Source: Peribolospora baueri
Lineage: Eukaryota
Reading direction: 5' to 3'
Assembly (NCBI GenBank): GCA_029717555.1
Contig: JAMDHS010000001.1
Location: 186,001 to 250,000, forward strand
Length of the DNA stretch: 64,000 bases
Shown: positions 1 through 14,888 of the stretch, piece by piece
How the letters are laid out: every line of letters begins with the position of its first letter
Numbering within the stretch: position 1 is the stretch's first letter
The notes under the pieces: model-generated
What the model was told of the DNA's origin: nothing
Seen by the model: the letters and a program-made list of their open reading frames with translations, nothing else
The model's database searches: none
Translations under genes and position numbers: made by a program

Positions 1-367
1 CCGTAATTCAACCGTAGACGGTGCGGACCATGAGGTAGTTTCCCCCCGAGTGTGGCGAAACCTCGGTCTGCAACAACAATCAGCCGTGCTGAAACTTCTT
101 GAGCCTGAGCGATTGCGGTGATGCAGTATCATCTTTTACTATCAGTCGTTCGTCTTCACCTGGTTTGAGGAGAAGATTCACATGTACTTGTTGCAACGTT
201 GCAATACTACGTCGTACTTCCACTTCTGCCAGTTATATGAACAATTGCCACACAATGAGCAATGATAGGGAGGGGGCTTATGGGTGACCAAGCCCCAATC
301 GTGTAAGGCGCCCTGCCCTGACTTCCTACTTCTGGGGCCCCCGCTCATTCCGTGTGCAGATAAAGCC

Positions 368-1503
368 TTACCACTCCTTATCAATAGTTATGGCTTTCTC
401 CTTGATCTCATCAAGAGGAATGTATCCTCTGCCACCTTGTGACCGTTCTCCCTCTTGCTGCTGTTCCTGTTGCTGCTCCTTCTTTGGGATCCGAATGAGC
501 AACCGCCCATTCCGATCGATGCGAGCGTCAATGTCTTCAGCCTTTGTGCCCGGCGGGATGGAAAGGGAGCGGCTCCAGTGTCCCTCAGAGATGTACCTGT
601 GCGGTTTGGGGCAATAGTGGAAAGTAAGGACAAGCAAGCAGAGAAACCCTTAGTTGGAGCCAAGACAAACTGCAGCAAAGTTTTGAGCATGCCCACTCAC
701 CGGACCTGACTCAAGCCAGGCAGAGGTGTGGCCATACCAATTTCCATCTGCCTCCTCTGAATGGGCGTTAGATCACTCTTCTGGTCCTTCTGCATCTGTT
801 CAGATTGTTGCTGAGCCCTCTGTTGCCTCTCTTCCCTCTTCTGCTCCTTGGTGTCCATCCTGGCTCCTCCTCCGCCCTCCAGCCTCGCCTGCCTGGACTG
901 ATCAATGGATGGAGGGCCGTCGATGTCCTTGTCCGAGTCGATTTGCCAGTCACACTCGAGGCTGAGCAACCCAGAGGCCTCGTCCACTTTCACTCGGACA
1001 TCATTTGGAGAGATGGCCCCAGGAAGTTCAAGAGAGATGATCTCTTCTTTTGGCGTGTCTTGAATGGCTGCGTGGACGTGAGGCATAATAGAAAGGTATC
1101 ATTGTTAGTTAAGGCTCACATTACCATTCGTCCTTCACAATAAACGCGGAATGAACGAACTGAGTGAAGGTCCAGGTTTCCCAAGCTGCTGGCTGAGTGA
1201 CTTCAGAGCGGCAGTGAGGGGATCGGCAATGAGCTCCCCCCAGAGCCCATCCCTTCGTGGCCACTGTTCATCGAGCAAAGTGCGCAATGATGGCTCGCCC
1301 AACGGCCGTGAGCCCATTTCATCTGGGCGTCGGCGGAATAGCGAGATCGATGCTGAGCCGCCCAGTTGGCATCTGGCGTTGGTTGGTATCGCCGGGTATC
1401 GCATTCCCCTCGCCGCTGATGCCGCTGCCGTTAGCCAAATGGGACCAGGACGGCAAGCAAGGCCCTGGCAAGCGGTGCGAGATGCAGACGTGTACAAGGA
1501 CAT
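368..1503 (-). CDS. Small heat-shock protein (HSP20/alpha-crystallin domain), 3 exons, putative mitochondrial presequence
   Basis: Introns 1160-1068 (GTTCGT..CAG) and ~700-597 (GTGAGT..CAG) join PSLTIQDTPKEEIISLELPG...YISEGHWSRSLSIPPGTKAEDIDARIDRNGRLLIRIPK, followed by a C-terminal I-T-I motif. Confidence 0.8.
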
Positions 1504-1922
1504 GGCGAGAATTGATCTTTTCAGCCAGTGGACGTTGGGAGGCTGATGAAAACGGAGTGAGATATGCGTAAGGACTAAAGTCGGCGAGCCCTCGCCCATC
1601 CATAAGCTGTCGTCCAGCCGATGGTAACAGAAATGCTGAATCAGGCTCGCTAAACTCTCGCAAGCCGTGGCGCGCGCAAGACTGAGCGCGGGAATAACCG
1701 TCCTCACAGAGAGCATCTTCCTAAAAGAAGCATGCTGAGGTGACCTTCCAAGGCGACCTAAAGGCAATCCATCAGTGTGATAACCTATTCTCCGACGAAA
1801 GGGCGGAAGACGAGCGAGCTAACAATACAAAATTCACATTGGATTGCTGAGACGGAAGAGGAGAACAGATAAGTAGAGCATCGCTCTGTCCCGCCCAAGT
1901 CGACAAACTGAGTTGACCTTTG

Positions 1923-4829
<2,907 letters not shown>

Positions 4830-5108
4830 GGCGTATTAGAAGGGCTTTTCGGCCGTGCAACCGTCTCGAGAAAGCAAGTGGACGAGACGGATTCCGTCTC
4901 AAGAACACAAGTGGACTTTCAGGTTGTACAGGGTCGACCCGACACAGGTGCGGGTGAGCGCGAGCCCCGTCGGTCACGTGCTATTACCGCAGTTATTGTG
5001 GGTTGGAAAAATTGGAATCCCAAGAGCGGCCTTCTGAGAGAAGACATCGCACTCGAAGACGGCTCACGCTTCCTTCTCTCCTTCTTTCTCCACAACCCTC
5101 TCTCCCAC

Positions 5109-8100
5109 ATGGGCGTAGGAAAGAAGCGTGTCGCTGAGGGGTCCGCCCCCAAGGCTGCCAAGAAGCCGAGGTCCTCAACTGGCGGCTCAGACATCAAGGG
5201 CAAGGCGGCGGCGAAGGCGGCGGCGGCCGGACCACCGCCGCCCGCACCTGCTCCAACCGGAGAGATAGACTTCCCACGAGGCGGAGGTACGGCGTTGACA
5301 CCGTTTGAATACAAGGAGGCTACCAAAGAGGCCGCTCGGGAGGCTGCCGAAGGCGACTTGTTTGATGAGGGCAAGCCGAAGAAGAAGACTAAGCTGTCTG
5401 GCCACAAGGACAGCAAGGGCGCCAAGACGTTTAAGAAGGCCAGCGCGGGTGGTGGTGGTGGCAAGCAGAGCAAAGACAAGCCGGAAAGCGATGTTATACG
5501 AGTGGAGCATCTCAACTACAAGGTGGGGCTGGGGCGAATTTGCTTCCCTTCGACTACAACACAACTGATCGCCGATCTAATCTCGCACCATCGGCTCGCT
5601 TGCCATCTTCTCAGCGTCTCATCCCGGGCACGCGTCTCCTAGGTGTCGTTCAAGAGGTCACTCCGCTGAATCTTATTATCTCCCTCCCCAACCAACTCCT
5701 CGGCCATGTCCCAATTACCAACATCTCCAGCCAGCTCACCGCTCGTCTTGAGGCTGCAGCCGACGCTTCGGATGACGAGGAAGGGGATGAGGAGAGTTCG
5801 GTGGGAGGTGGCGAAGAGGAAGAGGGGAGTGAGGCCGAATCTCCTTCTAAAAGGAAGGATGAGCAACTGCCGGGATTGGGTGACTTATTTGCCCCGGGTC
5901 AGTTCGTCCGAGCCATCGTAGCGGCCCTACACTCCGCCGGAGCCAACCTTGCCGGAGCCGGCGGACCAGGTCGTCAAGGTGGTGGAGAACTGGAGCGTGC
6001 TAGCCGAAGGGTGGAGCTCTCGCTGGTTCCTGAGAAAGTGAATGAGGGTGTGCTGCTCGAGGACCTAGCTGAAGGCTTCACCCTCGTCGCTGCCGTCAAG
6101 TCGGTTGAGGACCACGGTTATCTTCTCCATCTGGGCGTGGCCGATATGACGGCATTTGTCACCTTCAAGGAGGCCACGCAGGTCACTGGGAAAAAGCGCT
6201 GGATGGTTGGACAATTGGTGGACGTTGTGGTGAAGAAATTGGCAGAGAATGGAAGGACTTGCACGGTCGGTGTCACTCGGGAGGAGGTCTCGACGGCGGT
6301 TGTGAGTACCTTTCCAGTTTAGCTCTCCACTTCTCTTCTTCTTTATTGACAACATGATGTCATGGCCATGTACAGCTGAAGGAGGCACCGACGGTTTCCT
6401 CGCTCCTGCCCGGTGCATTCATCTCGAGCCTGATCACTGCTGTGACGCCGACTGGCCTCAACCTAAAGCTTTTTGGCATGTTCGACGGCACTGTCGATCT
6501 CTTCCACATTCCCCCTTCCGAAGCTGAGGACCCCACCAAATCGTACAAGCTGGGCAAGAGAGTCAAGGCGCGCATCATCTGGGACTCGCCTGCTGCGCAA
6601 CCAAAGCACTTTGCTCTTAGTATTGTGCCGAGTGTAGCCCAGATGGAAGCGCCACACGTCGAGACGGAATTGGGATCGGGTTCTCTTCAAGATGTCTTCC
6701 CGGTTGGGACCGTTATCGAGGAGGTGCGAGTAGAGAGAGTGATGGCCGAATGGGGTTTGGTCGTCAGCATCGCTCATAGTGCTGTCAAAGGCTTTGTCCA
6801 TGTGAGTGTGGCTGTCTCAGTCTGCTATGAACTTCGAACTTGATGTTGACGTTGGAGCTTTTGTTTGTTCCGTTCAGATCTCTCACGTCGCAGACCACCA
6901 CGTTCCCTCGCTGTCTCCCAATGACGGTGCTTACCGGATTGGCTCGATTCACCGTGCTCGAGTCGTCGGCCACGTGCTAATGGACAACGTCATCCAACTC
7001 TCTCTTAAACCTTCTGTCCTTGAGAAGAAGTTTATGCGTGTTTCGGAGGTGGTCGTCGGCCAGCTCATGCGGGGCAGCGTTAAACGCGTTTCGGACAATG
7101 CCATCTTCGTAAACCTCGATGGGAATGTGGATGGTGTCGTTTGGGCGGCGCACATGGCGGAGACCAAGTTGAGGCACCCTGAGAAGAAGTTCAAGCCTGG
7201 TCAGGTTGTCAAATGCCGGGTAAGTTCAAGACTTTAGTTCGTCTCGTTTGCCTTTATGTCGCCTCCGATTGTAGTACTGTGAACTAACCACTACCTTCCG
7301 ATCAAAGATTCTCGCCACCGATCCAGAACGCAACCGCATCTCATTGACATTGAAAAAGACGCTCGTCGGCTCAGAATTGCCCATCGTTGCTTCATCCTCG
7401 GACGCCAAGCCGGGCATCGTCACTCACGGGACCGTGAGCAAGTTCTTTGAAAAGGGCATGCTCGTTGACCTGTACGGCTCTGTTAGAGCTTTCGTCCATG
7501 CGGGCGAAGCGAGCGACTCGTACGTGACCAACATAACGGACCACTTTACCTTGGGTCAAGTCGTCAAGGTGCGGATAACGCACGTCGATCGCGACACTGG
7601 GCGCATACGAGCCTCCGTGCGACAGGCACTGCCCAACTATCAGCCACCGGCGAAATCGGCCCCCAAGTCGGCCGCAAAGGAAGCTGACTTGGATGCGAAG
7701 ACGAAGCCCAAAAAGGACGGCGAGAAGAAGCAGAAGTCTGTGAAGGAGGAACCAGCGCCAGTCCCAGCACCGGGCGAGGAGGGGGACCAATCCGATGGTG
7801 GTGATTTCATCGAGCTTGACGATGGGCGCGATTCGGGCGTGGAGGTGGAAGGCAAGGTGAGCTCTTGGAGTGGCAATGTGAAGGAGGTCACGATCTGATA
7901 ATTGTTTTGCACTTGCGACCACCCATCGTCGTAGAATGGCAAACCCTCTGCTACACTGAGCGGAAAGGCGAAACCAGAGCCACATGCCTTGACCGTGCAA
8001 GGTGGTTTCAGCTGGAGCCGTCCTGACGAGGATGAGGACGAGGCTTCATCAGCGGCTTCGGACGATGAGGACGAATCTGACAGCGGCGCCGGCACGTCCA

Positions 8101-9454
8101 AGTCGAAGAAGAAGAAGCGGCGAAAGGGCAAAACGCCGGAAGAGGACCTCACGGCGGATCTCTCCACGCGCGCTCCACAATCCAACACCGACTTCGAGCG
8201 TCTCTTGCTCGGTTCTCCGAACTCCTCTTACCTCTGGATCCAGTATATGTCCTTCCAGCTTCAGCTCTCTGAGGTGGACAAGGCGCGGGAGATCGGCAAG
8301 CGGGCACTCAAAAGTATGAGTTTCAGGGAAGAGCAGGAGAAGCTAAACGTGTGGATTGCAATGCTCAACCTCGAGAATTCGTACGGCACCGACGAGAGCC
8401 TCGAGTTGACGTTCAGAGAGGCCTGCCTAATGAACGAGGCTAAGCACATTCATCTCAAGCTGGCTGACATCTTCGTGCGGACTGAGAAGTTCGAGGTGCG
8501 TAGACGTGCTAATCTTTACCTTATTGAAACCGAGGTGGGGAACTGAAATCCTGACCACTACTTTTTCTCGTGACGAGCAGAAGGCGGAGGAGATGTTTCA
8601 AAAAACGGTCAAGAAGTTTGGCCAGAGCTCCAAAACGTGGACGCTTTTTGGCCAGTATTACTTTGAACGCCACCAGGCCGAGGACGCGCGCACCCTGCTG
8701 CCGCGAAGTCTTAAGAGCTTGCCGAAGCGGAAGCGTGAGTGTTGAGCTGCTCCTGCATGCATGTTAGACAGAAGAAGGCTGTGGGAACGTGACTCTGCCA
8801 CGTCGGGACGCCCCCCTGTGTCCCTTCCAGACCCCTTGTTGTCTTTGCTCATTTCGGTTTCCTCATTCCGGCTGAGCAGATGTCAAGACCATTACCAAGT
8901 TTGCCATGATGGAATTCAAGATTGGCGATCCGGAACGAGGACAGACCATCTTTGAGGGAGTCATCGACAGCTACCCGAAGCGACTGGATCTGTGGAACGT
9001 CTACATAGACCAGGAGACGCGACTGAAGAACATCGGCGCTGTTCGGTGAGTGGAAATTCTTATTGTGTTGACACTGGTTTTTTTTTCCTCAAAGCTTCTG
9101 TAGCTGATTTCTTGTTCTTGCCTCCTTCCGGGAAATGCTCCACGAAATAGGGGCCTATTCGATCGCTTGCTCTCGCAGAAGCTATCAAGCAAGAAGGTGA
9201 AGAGTTTTTTGAAAAAGTTCCTCCAGGTGGAGAAGAACATCGGTGATCCCGCCGGCGAGGAGGCGGTCAAGCAGCGTGCATTCGCCTATGTCCAGAGCAG
9301 AGAGGCTCAGGAAGCAGACGAAAGTGATGAGGACGAGGGAGGGTTGGGAATTCAAGACAAGCCGATGACTGATGCCACTGCAGAGGAAGAGGAGGAAGAG
9401 GAGGAAGAGGACGGGGACGAGGACGGGGACGAGGACGAGGACGAGGACGAGTAG
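5109..9454 (+). CDS. RRP5: rRNA biogenesis protein Rrp5 (S1 repeats + C-terminal HAT/TPR), ~9 exons
   Basis: DFPRGGG N-terminal motif; S1 repeats (VKSVEDHGYLL); DFERLLLGSPNSSYLWIQYMSFQLQLSEVDKAR; YPKRLDLWNVYIDQE. Confidence 0.95.
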
Positions 9455-9629
9455 AGGAAGAACGAGTGGCTCCTCTGTCCTACCCTGTATCTGTGAGCTT
9501 CTTCGATACCGCATAGATGCCAGAGGCCGTAATGAGCGAGAAAAAGGTTGGGTCTGTGTAGCATGGCGTGGGTATAAGAACAATTCGAAAGTACACAACC
9601 ACTGTGCGCCATCCAGCACACCTATTTGG

Positions 9630-12600
9630 TCATACAAACACGACCTCCGCCCAAGCCATCAAGTCTCGCGCGCAGTCCAGCCGCATCCCCGACACTGGAG
9701 GTGACCCATCATCACCTAAGGTGCTCTGCCTTCGTCTACCCTTTGCCTTCGAGGCTACCCCTTCGCGTCCCTTCTTATTCGCACCTAGTCCGCTTCTCTT
9801 GTTGCCCACGGCCTCTTCCACGCCTTCCACCCTCGCACGCAAAGTCTCCTCCACAACGACCAGGGCAGCAAATGCCTTCGCCTCTTCTCTCTCCCACTCC
9901 ACGTCCAGCAACGACACGTGTTGGATGTCTCCCAAGGCCAAGCCAGCCGTTGCGGTCGCCGCGCCGATCCTAGACATGCGCCTCGTGCCATGCCGGCGCG
10001 CAGGACTGGAGACGACGATCTCGCGCGTGCCGCCGACTGCTGTTGACGACCGGCGCGGGCGGAAGGCACGAGTCTGAGCGTTTGACGCTGGTGATCCTGG
10101 GCCATTGGCAGATAACGGATGAAAGCGGGAGGCGGACGACGGCACCAACAAGCAAGAGGATGATGTGGAAGAGGAGAGGAGTGGAAAGAGGGATGGAATG
10201 CAAGATGGAGAGTAAAGAGGCGCCGGCCGGCGCAATTTCTTCTCTCGAAGAAGCTTGACGGAGAGGTAATGGAGCCACTGTGCAGCCAGAGAGCGTGAGG
10301 AAGGAGAGGCAGGTTGAGACGAGCGGATGGACAGAAGTGACGACGAAAAGACGGAATTCACCATGAGATTGGTCAACGGCTTAAACTCCATCCATCGCTC
10401 GCCGGTATGAGCGCGCATGGTTCGATAAACGTCGAACTGTTGGTCGCCTGTGATGTGAAAGCCACAGAGGGACGCGGGCCTCGTCAGCAACTGAGCCGCG
10501 CAGTGGACGTTCATCCATGGAAAGGGAAAGGGAGAGGATCGAGACCTCACCCTCTCCTTCAAAGATCTCCTTGTCCTCGAACGCGTACGCGATTACCCCT
10601 CCATCTTCTGCTTCTGTTCCCTCCGTTGTCTGTCCAGTCGAGGCCCGAGACAAGGTGAAGTCGATAACGGTAGACCGGACCCCGGACTTGGTCCTCACAT
10701 CCTCCAAGAACGTTGTTGACTTCCCTCTTCTCCCCTTTCCATCCGCACCGTACCCCCTCCTCTTCACCCCCACATCACGCACCCTCCCTTCAAAGCTCTT
10801 CACCAAGACATTGCCCCAATGCAAATCCCGATGCTCGAACTTTGCCTCTCTCTCCCCTTCGCTAAGAGAAAAGAGCACTTGGAAAAAGACCGACGCTGCA
10901 GCGGACCAGGTCGTGAGCTTGAAGGACTCTAGATCTGTGCCGCCGTGTGGAAGCACAAGGATGGCGTAAGTCTGGGATGAAGGGAGAACATCTGCAGTAC
11001 GGGTGAAGCAAGAAAGCGAGATGAGGAGGTCGAGAGCACGACAGGTCGGTGTAAGACACGTCGAAATGCAGACATCTTCTCTTCGGCTAGCCTGGCGAAG
11101 CTCCAGCGGTCTTTCTCACCGGGTCTACAGTTCTCGCTTCCGCCATTCTTCTTCCTATCGTAGACGTCCCATGCCTCCAGAAGGGCGGAGGGGTACGAGC
11201 CTTGGACGACGTATGCCCTGGGGATGACGGTTGCGACGTAGGCAGGTCAGTACCACTCAATTTGTCGAGACACGCGCCTCGCCGCGTCATATGTGCCGGC
11301 AGGAAACGGAGCCAGCCGAGACGAGAAGACCAGAAAGAACCAGAGAAAAAAAACCTACTTCGTCAAGCCCACGAACCCTTCTACATCCCCCATGAGCTTG
11401 GTCACCCTCAACTCGCGAAGCACGTCGGAGGCGAGCGATTCGTCCGGAGTGCGGTCAGAAGCTTTGGCGCCACTATCCACGTCCGAGCTCGAACTCCCGT
11501 CTGACTGCAGTTGTTCATGTCCATGTCCATGATCAGCAGCTTGACCTTCATCGTCATCGTCATCCTTCAGAGGGCGAGCATTCCTTCGTTGATTTCGCCT
11601 TGGCCTTCTGGCAGCAGGCTGCCGCGAAGCGCTGGAGTTGCCGTCATCATCACCGTCGGCGTGAAGAGCTCGCGGGCTGTCGGACGAAGATAGCCCGGAG
11701 ACAAGAGAAGAACTGGCTATGGGTATAATCTTTAGCACCAGCTTCGTCTCCTCTCCTCCCTCCGATGCTTTCCCTTGTTGAGAATGAGAAGAAGGCGAAG
11801 GAGTATGAGAATGCCCGGACCGGGTTAGGCAGAACACCTCGGAGAAGGATGCTTCGCCGATCTTCTTCAGCAAAGTCGATGACGATGCCGACAGCGACGG
11901 GGCTGCTGCTTGGGAGGACACGGAAGCGGGGGCAGGCAGAGGAAGGGAGGCAGAGGAGCTTTTGGACGAACGTTTGGTGGTCGTCTTCCTCTTGGCTCTG
12001 CCGCTTTCGGAAGAAGATAAGGACAGATCAGAGCCGGTAGAAGGGCCAACCAGCTCGGCGAGGAGGGCTTCAAAGTCCATTGGCACAGATTGCTCGCAGA
12101 AGGCGAGGAGCTCGTCGAGGGGAGTCACGGAAGGAGGCCGGCTGGAAGTGCTTTGAGAGCCAACTTGTTGTGAGAAGCGAGGACCCTTCTTGCCTTCGTC
12201 ATCGTCGTTGTCCGCTGCTTGTTTCGCCAAGGACGGTGCCACTGAGGAGTTGCCACGGTCGCGACCCTTAGAAGGGGGCTGGGAGTCCACTTCTTCACCG
12301 AGTGGATAACCCACCGGCGAGCGAGGCGGGGAAGTACCGATGGTGTAGGGTGGAGAGACTCTCAGTGGCCCCCCGTCCTTCTTCGTCCTTGTTACGCTTC
12401 TTTTTTCTACGTATCCTTCTTCGGGTGCAAACTCCGAAGAAGATTCGTCCTCAGAAGAAGTTTCGTCCTCAGAGTCATCATCAACACCCTTCGGAGACGA
12501 AGAAGGCTTTGGGGAAGGAGATGAGGCAGCGATGATGGCACGGTGCACCGCCAGTGAAGCTCGTACGGCTGCTGCGCGCCGAGTTGGGTGTGCTGGCAAG

Positions 12601-14102
12601 TGAGACGGTGAGTCGGGATGCACCGGTGGTGAAGCACGTACTGCGGCTGTGCGACGAGTTGAAGGTGCTGGAGAGTGAGGAGGGGAGACATCAGCGACGG
12701 ACGGTCGGGCAGCGACTCTGCTTTGTTGCCCTTCGTCCGCCTCCACGCTCGGTGCGCTTTTGTTCTCCACAAGCCTTTCCTCAGGTTCAAACTCCGAAGA
12801 AGTGTCCTCCTCAGAGTCGTCATAAGCAACCTCCGAAGACGAAGAAGGCTTAGGGGAAGGAGATGAGGAGGCGAGGATGGCACGGTGCACCGCCAGTGAA
12901 GCTCGTACGGCTGCTGCGCGACGAGCTGGTGGGCGTAAGGAGGCGGCACCGGTGCCGGCGGCGGAGGGGGAGAGTCGTGGTGGGGAATTGTCGTGGTTGT
13001 GGTGGAATTCCGGTGCCGGGAAATTGGGATTACGTCGGGGAGGAATCGGGACGCCGTCGGACGGTTTGGAAGGGAGACCGAGACCGAATTCGAGGCTGTT
13101 AAGCGATTTTGGCCCCAGCGGCGTTCGCACAACCTCCCCTGCAGTTTTCCAGGTGCCTTTAATCTTGTCTTTTCCGTTGCCCTTGGCGAAGCCTTTCGTT
13201 CCACTGGCGACCATCGGTGCTGTCGCGCCGTCCTCGAAGGGCGGAAACGAGAAATATATATCGTCCTCGTCCCCATCCCCGTCCCCGTCCTCGTCTTCTC
13301 CGTTCCCAAATATCGCTCCCGGGCGCACCTGACGGTTTTGCGTGGGGCTAGTCGTCGCCATCCTCATTCTGACGGCGGGCTTTGCGCGGGAGGAGGCGAT
13401 GTGCTCGAACGACCTACGAATCGTACGCGTTCCCGGACCATCTCCCAATCCTGCGCCCTTGCTCAGACCCAGGCCTTCCTGCCGCAAACGGCCGGATCGA
13501 ACGTAGACTGGGATGCGTCCTTGACGGGATGGCCCGATGGGAGTGCCCGGGCGGGGCCTGTGCTGATTAGCCCCGAACGCGGCCGGGGAGGAGTGGGACG
13601 CGTGGGCTCGGACGAGGGAGAGGAGAGAGTCGGGGATGGCGTAGACTGAAGAGGAGGGTATAGGTCCATCGATCGGAACGGCATTTTCGTCGTTCTCCGC
13701 GCGCAACGGCCGTTTATCCGTCGCAGCTGTGGATGTGCTGGAGCTGGTGGGGGATGGGAGCCTGCGGTCGTTTCGTCCGGACGAGACGTGTTTGGAACGA
13801 GCAGAGCGCCGAGTCTGCTCGGTTGGCGCACCTGTGCTGACCGTCCTAGCAGGCTTCTTCCTGACAACGGGCCGATTCCTTTCCGCCTTGACCGCCCCAT
13901 CTCTATGCTCGCCCTCTTCGTCCGTCCCTCCATCCTCCTCCTCCCCTTCCGCCCTGATGGTCCGCTTCGTCTCCATCTCCGCTTCCTCGTCCCCGTCGTT
14001 GGCTTGGATTACGGGGCGAGGATCGTGCCAGCGGTCGTCAGAGACGCTGACAATGCGAGTGCCCCTCCGTTTTCCATACACGGCCATCTTGCGGGTCGAC
14101 AT
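9630..14102 (-). CDS. Haspin-family atypical protein kinase with long disordered N-terminus
   Basis: KKIGEASFSEVF, VLKIIPI, FEHRDLHWGNVLVK, VIDFTLSR, GDQQFDVYRTMR..FKPLTNLM/WLHYL; start taken at MSTRKMAVYGKRR. Confidence 0.9.
12400..12935 (-). repeat. Intragenic duplication in the haspin N-terminus (342-nt period)
   Basis: Identical 45-nt core at 12534-12578 and 12876-12920; RRAAAVRASLAVHRAI..SSPSPKPSSS occurs twice, with a partial third copy RRTAAVRAS. Confidence 0.9.
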
Positions 14103-14888
14103 GGTGGGAGGCGTTGCTGCGTGGAGGATCGCTCGGGCGGCGTTCGGTGCCTCTCTTCCTTCTCGCCAAAGCCGCCAAAAAGAAAGAGGGAGAGCGATGA
14201 TCCACTTGCGACCTGCTCGTGCAGAGAGCGATGGCGTTCCCTGTCGCAGCCGTCTGTCCGCCGTCCACGCACCACCCCAACTCGATTGCTGCGGCAGACG
14301 GGACGTCGCGCACACGCGTCAGGCCGCGTTTCCCGCATCCATCACGTGCCGGCGATCCTTCTTTGCCGCGGCTTGCTTAGTGATCCGGACGATTGCGGCC
14401 GGAAGAGTCGGAGATAACTCGGAAAGTGATCGACATCAAATCGAGTGCAAGATGGCGAGGACGACCTTTTCTTTTTTTTTTTTTTTTTTTGGCAGTTCGA
14501 AGCAGGCACGGCCATGGAGGGGACGAATTAGACTGCTTTCCAAGTACTTGGACTGCTTGCCAAGTAGGTATAGGACGAGGAAGAGCACATCGGCGGGCAA
14601 AACATAGCGAACAAGCCGAGACGCAGAGCGCAGGAGGAAGAACGTGGGCAAGTGGTAGGGGTTGCCGGGATCAGAGCGGCGGCCAGCTGCGTTGATCTTC
14701 TCGGCAATTGAGGAAGGAGGCTGGAACAAACAGGACCTGTGCCTCGTCCTCCCCTCCTCCATATCCTCCCTCTTATCCTCGCCCTCCTGCAGCTCGCATT
14801 CGCATCGTCCTCCACGTCGTCGCTCTTTGCTTCTTCTCTTCGCACCACCATCCATCTATTCGTCCATCCGCCCGTCCACCTCGTCAAA

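Noticed and set aside
1130..1160. Apparent in-frame TGA (FIPRLL*) in the sHSP, suggesting readthrough or selenocysteine
   Set aside because: A GTTCGT donor at 1160 places the TGA inside an intron and gives a good HSP20 junction (PSLTIQDT)
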